A program made the translations under genes and the position numbers. Below the pieces are notes generated by a model that worked only from the letters and a program-made list of their open reading frames with translations, was not told the origin of the DNA and made no database searches. DNA of 42,917 nt from Candidatus Nealsonbacteria bacterium (lineage in GTDB: Bacteria; Patescibacteriota; Minisyncoccia; Minisyncoccales; PWPS01): the NCBI GenBank assembly GCA_003560665.1, contig PWKK01000029.1:1-42917 (forward strand), given 5' to 3'. Below are positions 36,219-42,917 of the stretch, piece after piece; the stretch's first letter is position 1; each line of letters starts with the position of its first letter.

Positions 36219-37190
36219 ATGGAAATTCTTTTTATTATCACAGGAATTTGTGTTCTTTTTGTTATTCTACTTTACGTGCATAAGGCAAATTTGGATGTGG
36301 AAAGAAGGTTAACAGACGTCATTACCAGCGAAATTAAAGAAATGCGTGGTAATGTCGATTTGACTTCTCGAGGAATGAACGAACAGGTTTCTTCTTTTAT
36401 TCGTGAAACCGAGAACATAAAGGAGAAGATGGAGGCGATGCAAAGTACAGTTAAAGGAATTTCCTCTTTTCAAGAGTTTTTTCGTTCTCCAAAAGTGAGA
36501 GGACAGTGGGGAGAGGCCAGTTTAAAGCACTTGCTTCAAGAATATTTTCCCGAAGAACTTTACTCTATCCAGCATAGTTTTTCTTCCGGAGAAACGGTAG
36601 ATGCCGTTCTTCGGCTTCCCGACAAGAAGCTTTTACCGATAGATGCAAAGTTTCCGTTTGATAACTTTCGGAAAATGATAGAGTGTGAAGGAGAAGAAAG
36701 AGAAGCTATACGGAAAAAGTTTTTAGAAGATGTAAAAGCAAAGATACGAGATATATCGGAGAAGTATATTCTTCCTTCCGAAAACACAGTGGATTTTGCA
36801 GTAATGTATATTCCTGCCGAAGCTGTATATTATGAAATAAATATGGCGACCGATGTTAATATTGCCGAGTTTGCCCGCTCAAAAAAGGTGATACTTTCTT
36901 CCCCGAATACTTTCTACTTAACACTGCGGGCGATTGAACAATGGTTTCGAGACACACAAATTACAAAACAGGCCCATGAAATCATGCAGCGTCTCGCAAA
37001 GATCGAAAAAGATGCCAGCAAGCTTACCGATGATTTTCGAAAACTGGGAGGACATCTTAAAAATGCTGTTTCATCATACAGGCAATCGAAAAAGAGAGTG
37101 GTGTTGTTTGATAAAAAAGTTAAAGGAGTTTTAAAAACAAGCAAAAAAGATAAAGTGAAAATAATCGCCCCGGAAAAGAAAGAAAAATAA
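36219..37190 (+). CDS. rmuC: DNA recombination protein RmuC
   Basis: N-terminal TM, coiled coil, PKVRGQWGE, PIDAKFP, DFAVMYIPAEAVY, SPNT. Confidence 0.93.
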   Translation: MEILFIITGICVLFVILLYVHKANLDVERRLTDVITSEIKEMRGNVDLTSRGMNEQVSSFIRETENIKEKMEAMQSTVKGISSFQEFFRSPKVRGQWGEASLKHLLQEYFPEELYSIQHSFSSGETVDAVLRLPDKKLLPIDAKFPFDNFRKMIECEGEEREAIRKKFLEDVKAKIRDISEKYILPSENTVDFAVMYIPAEAVYYEINMATDVNIAEFARSKKVILSSPNTFYLTLRAIEQWFRDTQITKQAHEIMQRLAKIEKDASKLTDDFRKLGGHLKNAVSSYRQSKKRVVLFDKKVKGVLKTSKKDKVKIIAPEKKEK

Positions 37191-37208
37191 CTTTCCTGCG
37201 GCAAAAAA

Positions 37209-37565
37209 ATGATAGCAGTAATTAAAACAGGAGGAAAACAGTATGTTGTTTCTCCGGGAGAGAAAATAAAAATTGAAAAACTCGAAATAAAGGAAGGGGA
37301 AAGAGTTGCTTTTGAAAAAGTACTTCTCTTTGAAGATGATAAAGGAGAGGTTGTGATTGGGACACCTTACCTAGAAGAGGTAAATGTTTTGGGGGAAGTT
37401 TTAAAGCAGGGGATGGGGGATAAAAAAAGAGTTTTTAAATACAAACCCAAAAAGAGGTACAAAGTTAAAAAGGGGCATAGACAGCCCTACACGGAAGTGG
37501 AAATAAAGGAGATTAAGAAGGGAAAGGTTGAGAATAAAGCAAAGACAGAAAAAAAGAAAAGTTAA
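37209..37565 (+). CDS. rplU: 50S ribosomal protein L21
   Basis: MIAVIKTGGKQY, IGTPY, FKYKPKKRY, GHRQPYT. Confidence 0.97.
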   Translation: MIAVIKTGGKQYVVSPGEKIKIEKLEIKEGERVAFEKVLLFEDDKGEVVIGTPYLEEVNVLGEVLKQGMGDKKRVFKYKPKKRYKVKKGHRQPYTEVEIKEIKKGKVENKAKTEKKKS

Positions 37566-38173
37566 CTTCTTCCCTTTAGTGCGGAGGAGAGTGTTTCTTC
37601 GTCGGCATATTCCAGCTCAGTTCCGGTAGAGAGCCCCCGCCCAAGGCGGGTGGTTTTTATTTCAAGAGAGTTTAAAACACGAGCAAGATAGATAGCTGTT
37701 GCTTCACCTTCGGTTGTCTGGTTGGTAGCGATAATCGCTTCTTTTGTTTTCGGTAAACCGAATGATTTGTGGTTTTTTATTCTTTCTTGAAGCTCTTCAG
37801 CACGAATCTTTTTTAAATCTTCTTTTTTTAAAGGAGAAACTGTTCCTCCCAGTATAAAATAGATTCCGTTATACTCGTTTGTTTTTTCGATAGAGAGAAG
37901 ATCGGTTTCCTTCTCTACAATGCACAATAATTCTTGATTTCTCTTTTTATCTTTGCAGACAGAGCACAACTCTTCTTCCTTTAAGACAGAGCGAAAACAG
38001 ATATGACAGTTTTTTACTGATTTCTTTAACTCTTCCAACCCTTCAATAAGGCTTTTAATTTCCTCATCGGGAGCAGTAAGACAGTAAAAAGCAAACCTTG
38101 TCGCCGTTCTAGGGCCGATGGTGGGAAAACGGGAAAAAAGATTAATTAGTTTCTCAATGGGAGGGGGATACAT
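37562..38173 (-). CDS. recR: Recombination mediator RecR
   Basis: FPTIGPRTATR (HhH), CHIC...CSVC, CIVE, EGEATA, LEYADEETL. Confidence 0.95.
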   Translation of the reverse strand: MYPPPIEKLINLFSRFPTIGPRTATRFAFYCLTAPDEEIKSLIEGLEELKKSVKNCHICFRSVLKEEELCSVCKDKKRNQELLCIVEKETDLLSIEKTNEYNGIYFILGGTVSPLKKEDLKKIRAEELQERIKNHKSFGLPKTKEAIIATNQTTEGEATAIYLARVLNSLEIKTTRLGRGLSTGTELEYADEETLSSALKGRS

Positions 38174-38189
38174 ATATAAGTTGGGAGAT

Positions 38190-39536
38190 TTAGTGTGCTT
38201 TGTCTAGGTTTCTAAAAGAAGCGGTGTTTTGGTCAAAATATAATTCGGCTTTTCCGATGGGACCGTTGCGGTGTTTGGCAACGAAAACATCAGCGATATT
38301 TCTACGAGAGGTATCTTGGCGGTAGTAGTCTTCACGGTAAATAAACATGACCACATCTGCATCTTGCTCTAATGCGCCGGTTTCACGTAAATCGGCTAAT
38401 CTTGGTATTTGTGGAGTTCTTTGTTCTACTGCTCGGGATAATTGTGAAAGAGCAAGAACGGGAACGTTTAGTTCCTTTGCTAGTGTTTTTAGCTCACGGG
38501 AGATCTCTGTCATTTGTTGAACCATTGAAGGGCTCTGTGATCTCGGCTGCATTAGTTGTAGGTAGTCAACGATAATTAGCCCGAGCCCTTTTTCTGCCTG
38601 CAGACGACGGGCCATCGTTCTCATCTGCATTACGTTAAAAGAAATAGAGTCATCGATGTAGATCGGTAGTTTGGAGAGCTCTTCGAAAGACTCTCTAATG
38701 CGTGTAAAGTCGTTTTTTTCTCCCGATTTTTTCAGATTTCCGGTGCGAAGTTTCCACAGATTAATTCCCGATATGTCGGAAATAAGACGGTCAACAATCT
38801 GATCAACGGACATCTCTAAACTAAAAATACCAACGGGAGTATTGTGTTTCAATGCCACGTTTTTTGCGATGTTGGATGCAAGAGAGCTTTTACCCATGCT
38901 TGGTCTTGCAGCGAGAATGACGAGGTCAGATTTTTGTAGTCCGGAAAGAATATTGTCCAAGTCGGTGAAACCGGTCGGAACTCCTCTTGCTTTTCCGTCT
39001 TCTGATGAAAGATGTTCGATTCTTTCAAAAGCTTCTTCCAGTGTATCTTTAAGAACAGAAAAGCTCTTTTTCATTGACCCTTGCGAGATGCCAAAAACCT
39101 TTTTTTCCGCTTCATCGAGAAGCAGCGCTACATCTCTGTTTTCATCGTAGGCAGAGATGCTTATTTCTTGTCCAAAATTTATCAAGTCACGCAAAACTCT
39201 TTTTTTGCAAATTATGTTTGCATAATCAACGACATGACTTGCGGTAGGAACGGAATTTACAAGAGAAGTAAGGTAGCTTTTTCCACCAACATCTTTCAAT
39301 AGTTTTTTCCCCTTAAGTTCCGCAGAAACGGACAGAAGGTCAATTGCTTCGTGTCGTTCTAGAAGAGTAATTATTGTTTCGTAGATATCACGATGACTCT
39401 TTTTATAAAAATCTCGTGGGGCTAAAAAATCTGCCACCCTGAAGATAGCTTCGGGATCGAGCATTAAAGACCCGAGAAGTGATTGTTCAGCTTCAAGATT
39501 TTGCGGAGGAATTTTTTCTATGTTTTTATTGGTCAT
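38190..39536 (-). CDS. dnaB: Replicative DNA helicase, no intein
   Basis: [46 protein letters not shown]. Confidence 0.97.
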   Translation of the reverse strand: MTNKNIEKIPPQNLEAEQSLLGSLMLDPEAIFRVADFLAPRDFYKKSHRDIYETIITLLERHEAIDLLSVSAELKGKKLLKDVGGKSYLTSLVNSVPTASHVVDYANIICKKRVLRDLINFGQEISISAYDENRDVALLLDEAEKKVFGISQGSMKKSFSVLKDTLEEAFERIEHLSSEDGKARGVPTGFTDLDNILSGLQKSDLVILAARPSMGKSSLASNIAKNVALKHNTPVGIFSLEMSVDQIVDRLISDISGINLWKLRTGNLKKSGEKNDFTRIRESFEELSKLPIYIDDSISFNVMQMRTMARRLQAEKGLGLIIVDYLQLMQPRSQSPSMVQQMTEISRELKTLAKELNVPVLALSQLSRAVEQRTPQIPRLADLRETGALEQDADVVMFIYREDYYRQDTSRRNIADVFVAKHRNGPIGKAELYFDQNTASFRNLDKAH

Positions 39537-40902
39537 TTTTTTTTATTTTATAACCGCTCTCAACATCCTCGATTAAATAACCCCTCTTTTTAATCTTTTC
39601 TCGAATATCGTCTGCTTTGGCAAAATCCTTTTTTTGTCGTGCTTTTTCTCTTTCTTTAGCGAGAACATCAATTTCCTTGGGGATAATTTTTTCTGGACGA
39701 TCATCTTTTAGCTTTAGCCCCAAAACACGATCAAAGCTTTCAACGGTTGCTCTTTTTATTTTGTCAGATAAGGAATCATCTTTAATCAAAACCCAGATGG
39801 TTTCAAGAGCTTTGGGGGTATTAAGATCGTCGTTTATCGCATTTAAAAATCTTTCCCTGTAGTAAGGGGAGACATCTCCTGTACCTGATTCTAGTTCAGA
39901 TATCCTTTTTTGTAAATTTTTTAGTCCACTTTCTGCGCTTTCAGCTGAATCTTTAGAAAAATTGACTGGTGAACGGTAGTGAGTTCCTAGGATGAGATAT
40001 CGGTAGGAAAGGGGAGAAATGTTTTCTTTTTTCAGGGAATTAAGAGTGACAAAGCCTCCTTTTGATTTAGACATTTTTTCGTCCTTAAGATTTAAGAACT
40101 CTCCATGCATCCATATTCTAGAAAGATTCTCTCCAAAAGCCGCTTTGCTTTGAGCTATTTCGTTTGTATGATGAACACAGATATGGTCTACTCCTCCACA
40201 GTGAATGTCAAAAGGAATACCTAAATATTTGTGAGACATAGCGACACACTCTGTGTGCCATCCGGGAAAACCACGCCCCCAAGGAGAATTCCACTCCATC
40301 TGTCTCTTCTCTTCGGGTTTGGAAAATTTCCAGAGAGCAAAATCAGTAGGATTTTTCTTTTCTTTTATCTCTACTCGAGCACCCGGCCTTAGATCCACTT
40401 TTTTGAGATTGGCAAGCTCTCCATAGTCTCTTAACTTAGAAGTATCAAAGTATATACCATCCTTAATTTGATAGGTGAAGCCCTTCTTTTCCAGGGTTTT
40501 TATAAGATTGATCTGCTCTTCTATGGTTTCGGTGGCTTTTACATAAACATCCGGAGGAATAATGTTTAAATCCTCCAAATCTTTTTTGAAGGCATCGGTG
40601 TAGTAGTTTGCGATATCCCAGGCGGTTTTCTTTTTCTCTTTAGCGCTTTTTTCGATTTTGTCTTCTCCCGTGTCTTCATCGGAAGTTAGGTGACCTACAT
40701 CGGTTATATTCATCACATGTTTAACCTTGTAGTTGTTGTAATAAAGAGTTCTTTTCAGTATATCCTCAAAAATGTAAGCCCTTAAATTTCCTATATGAGC
40801 GTAGTCGTAAACAGTAGGGCCACAAGTATAAAGGCCAACTTCTTTTTTTAGAGGCTTAAAGTCTTCTTTCTTTTTAGACAGGGTGTTGTAAAGCTTAACC
40901 AT
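39526..40902 (-). CDS. cysS: Cysteine--tRNA ligase
   Basis: [43 protein letters not shown]. Confidence 0.97.
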   Translation of the reverse strand: MVKLYNTLSKKKEDFKPLKKEVGLYTCGPTVYDYAHIGNLRAYIFEDILKRTLYYNNYKVKHVMNITDVGHLTSDEDTGEDKIEKSAKEKKKTAWDIANYYTDAFKKDLEDLNIIPPDVYVKATETIEEQINLIKTLEKKGFTYQIKDGIYFDTSKLRDYGELANLKKVDLRPGARVEIKEKKNPTDFALWKFSKPEEKRQMEWNSPWGRGFPGWHTECVAMSHKYLGIPFDIHCGGVDHICVHHTNEIAQSKAAFGENLSRIWMHGEFLNLKDEKMSKSKGGFVTLNSLKKENISPLSYRYLILGTHYRSPVNFSKDSAESAESGLKNLQKRISELESGTGDVSPYYRERFLNAINDDLNTPKALETIWVLIKDDSLSDKIKRATVESFDRVLGLKLKDDRPEKIIPKEIDVLAKEREKARQKKDFAKADDIREKIKKRGYLIEDVESGYKIKKNDQ

Positions 40903-40908
40903 ATCGCG

Positions 40909-40937
40909 ATTTTACCATAGAGAAAGAAGCAATACAA
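40909..40937 (-). promoter_or_regulatory. cysS promoter, probably giving a leaderless mRNA
   Basis: Minus strand TTGTAT-17 nt-(TGG)TAAAAT-6 nt-ATG. Confidence 0.6.
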
Positions 40938-40976
40938 CTTTCATTATCCCTTTTTTTATAGTAAAATTGCACCTGT

Positions 40977-41576
40977 ATGATAGAAGATATTATTGAGAAA
41001 ATAGGTTCAGTGATACCGTTTATCGGAACAGAAGAGATCGTAACAACTCTTCTTGCGATGACACCGGTTGTTGGTATAAGAGGGGCGATACCACTAGAAA
41101 TATTTGGCTATGAGATGGATATTTACTCTGCTTACTTTTGGTCGGTATTGGGTGAGTTTTTCCCAGTTTTCTTTATCTTGCTTTTCTTGGGTGCTGTTTC
41201 TGGGTGGCTTTCGGAAAACTTTATTTTCATGAAAAGGTTTTTTGATTTTCTTTTTTCAAAAACAAGAAGGGATTACAACGGAAGAGTGGAAAAGTACGGA
41301 CTTTTCGCTCTTTTTCTTTATACCGCAATTCCACTTCCTTTTTCGGGAGCATGGACAGCGTCGCTTGTAACTTTTCTTTTCGGGCTTTCGCGGAGGAAGG
41401 CGATAGTAGCAATCTTTTTTGGTGTGCTGCTTTCGGGAATAAATATTATCTTTCTTTTGCAAATGGGAGTTGTGATAGAAAAATATCGAGGACCGATGAT
41501 GGTTGTTGGTTTGGCCGCACTTGCTTCTCTCGTCTATTTCCTATATCATCGAAGAAACAATAAAAAAAATGTCTAA
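40977..41576 (+). CDS. COG2426 / putative small multidrug export membrane protein
   Basis: LAMTPVVGIRGAIP, EKYG...AIPLPFSGAWTASL; multiple TM segments. Confidence 0.8.
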   Translation: MIEDIIEKIGSVIPFIGTEEIVTTLLAMTPVVGIRGAIPLEIFGYEMDIYSAYFWSVLGEFFPVFFILLFLGAVSGWLSENFIFMKRFFDFLFSKTRRDYNGRVEKYGLFALFLYTAIPLPFSGAWTASLVTFLFGLSRRKAIVAIFFGVLLSGINIIFLLQMGVVIEKYRGPMMVVGLAALASLVYFLYHRRNNKKNV

Positions 41577-42711
41577 CTTAGTATTATATCGTAAGTACAG
41601 GCCGCAGAATTTTTCCGAAGTAGTCGGACAGGATCATGTCACAACGACTCTTCTTAATGCTATTAAAAGTGATAAGATTTCTCACGCCTATCTTTTTTCC
41701 GGGCCAAAGGGTTGTGGAAAAACAACAGTGGCACGTCTCCTAGCAAAGGCGGTAAACTGTGAAAAAGATGATGGCCCCGAACCTTGCAACAAGTGTTCTT
41801 CTTGCAGAGAGATAATGGAGAATCGATCAATGGATATTATTGAGATTGATGCTGCGTCTCATAGGGGAATTGATGAGATAAGAGAGCTTCGTGAAAGAGT
41901 TCGCTTTGGTCCCTCAAAGTCAAAATACAAGGTGTTTATTTTAGATGAAGCTCATCAATTGACCTCTGGAGCAGCCAATGCACTTTTGAAAATGCTGGAA
42001 GACGCTCCCGCTCATGCGATTTTTATTCTTGCTACCACTGAACCGCAAAAGATGATTCCCACTATCATTTCTCGTTGTCAGCGTTTTGATTTTCGGAAGA
42101 TAGCCGTACCGGAGATGACAAAAAGGCTGGAAAAGATTGTAAAAAAGGAGGGAGTTTCGGTAGAAAAAGATGTTTTGTCAATAATCGCTTCTGCTTCCGG
42201 GGGGGCGCTTCGTGACGGAGAAAGTATTTTATCGCAAATCATCTCTTTTGTCCCCGCGGGAAGTACGGTTAAAAAAGAAGACATAAAAGGACTCTTGGGA
42301 ATAATCGAGAGAGAGGTTGTTGGTGATTTTCTTGGGTTTCTTTTAGAGGATAGGGCTGTTGAGGCGTTAGATTTGATGGAAAAGTCTTTTGTGCAAGGAG
42401 TTGGCCCGGAGGCGTTTTATGAAAACATAGTTTATTATCTTCGAGAAATGATGCTTTTGAAAATTATATCGGAAAAAGAAGGGGAGAGTGGGACAAAATC
42501 CTTAATGGACTCTCTTTTAACTAAGCTTACAGAAGAAGAGGTGGGGAGAATAAAGGAACAAACGAAAAACCTTACTACGGAGGAAATAAGTGAAATAATA
42601 GAATTTTTCTTTGAAGCAGGGAAGAGAATTAACTACTCTCCCATTCCGCAACTACCGCTGGAGGTTGCTGTTGCGGAAACAACAGAAATGTTGAGAAAAA
42701 ACTCTAAATAA
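41569..42711 (+). CDS. dnaX: DNA polymerase III subunit gamma/tau (short form)
   Basis: LYRKYRPQNF, GPKGCGKTT, Zn module C...CNKCSSC, EIDAAS, LDEAH, SRCQRF. Start at ATG 41569. Confidence 0.96.
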   Translation: MSNLVLYRKYRPQNFSEVVGQDHVTTTLLNAIKSDKISHAYLFSGPKGCGKTTVARLLAKAVNCEKDDGPEPCNKCSSCREIMENRSMDIIEIDAASHRGIDEIRELRERVRFGPSKSKYKVFILDEAHQLTSGAANALLKMLEDAPAHAIFILATTEPQKMIPTIISRCQRFDFRKIAVPEMTKRLEKIVKKEGVSVEKDVLSIIASASGGALRDGESILSQIISFVPAGSTVKKEDIKGLLGIIEREVVGDFLGFLLEDRAVEALDLMEKSFVQGVGPEAFYENIVYYLREMMLLKIISEKEGESGTKSLMDSLLTKLTEEEVGRIKEQTKNLTTEEISEIIEFFFEAGKRINYSPIPQLPLEVAVAETTEMLRKNSK

Positions 42712-42719
42712 GTTATAAT
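42691..42719 (+). promoter_or_regulatory. Sigma70 promoter for tRNA-Gln, overlapping the 3' end of dnaX
   Basis: TTGAGA-17 nt-TATAAT, 11 nt upstream of the tRNA. Confidence 0.6.
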
Positions 42720-42730
42720 CCTCATGTATT

Positions 42731-42801
42731 TGCCGGGTGGTGTAATGGTAACACGGTTGGTTTTGGTCCAATTAATCTAGGTTCGAGTCCTAGCCCGGCA
42801 A
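42731..42801 (+). tRNA. tRNA-Gln (TTG), CCA not encoded
   Basis: Acceptor TGCCGGG/CCCGGCA, anticodon arm GTTGG-TTTTGGT-CCAAT, T-arm CTAGG-TTCGAGT-CCTAG; followed by ACAG. Confidence 0.95.
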
Positions 42802-42829
42802 CAGTCTTGAGATAGTGACCGAGATCATT

Positions 42830-42860
42830 AAAACCGAGTATTTGCTCGGTTTTTTGTTTT
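42830..42860 (+). terminator. Intrinsic terminator after tRNA-Gln
   Basis: AAAACCGAG-TATTTG-CTCGGTTTT followed by a T-tract. Confidence 0.8.
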
Positions 42861-42917
42861 GTGGTATATTTGAACAATATAAAATAGAAATATAATTATG
42901 GAGATAAAAAACAAAGA

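Noticed and set aside
110-42284. Many short antisense or off-frame ORFs in the track (e.g. 2885-3283, 21654-22199, 32196-32903)
   Set aside because: They lie within well-supported genes, are F/L/S-rich mirror translations of purine-rich coding strands and have no motifs.
34034-42801. tRNA-anchored genomic island or prophage
   Set aside because: No integrase, no duplicated tRNA 3' end seen, and the enclosed genes are mostly housekeeping.
42898-42917. Start of a CDS at the window end (ATG GAG ATA AAA...)
   Set aside because: Only six codons are visible, so nothing can be assigned.

Overview
A gene-dense, AT-rich chromosomal segment read in standard code 11. Gene content and style suggest a Patescibacteria/CPR (Parcubacteria-like) bacterium; this is inference, not a database result. 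Housekeeping genes: pyrH, metG, cysS, rplU, dnaB, dnaX, recR, rmuC, hup, nfo, tRNA-Glu(CTC) and tRNA-Gln(TTG). It also holds a shortened dcw cluster (mraZ-rsmH-ftsL-like-class B PBP-degenerate Mur ligase) and a four-gene alpha-glucan/glycogen operon (GT4, GH57, GT3, debranching enzyme). DNA-metabolism genes include a compact OLD-family ATPase/TOPRIM nuclease, a UvrD-PD-(D/E)XK fusion, a Pif1 helicase and a stand-alone WYL protein next to an orphan PAS histidine kinase. Several very acidic surface proteins are present. I saw no transposase, integrase, CRISPR array or rRNA. The most striking signals are non-coding and concern translation initiation: (1) an exact AAAAGGTCG motif 21-28 nt upstream of four unrelated start codons; (2) three apparently leaderless genes with a -10 box exactly 6 nt before ATG; (3) strong Shine-Dalgarno sites confined to a few accessory-looking genes, one an uncalled 53-aa ORF; (4) a tRNA-Glu whose terminal CCA shares its last A with the ATG of an amino-acid permease. 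All family assignments come from motif recognition by eye.
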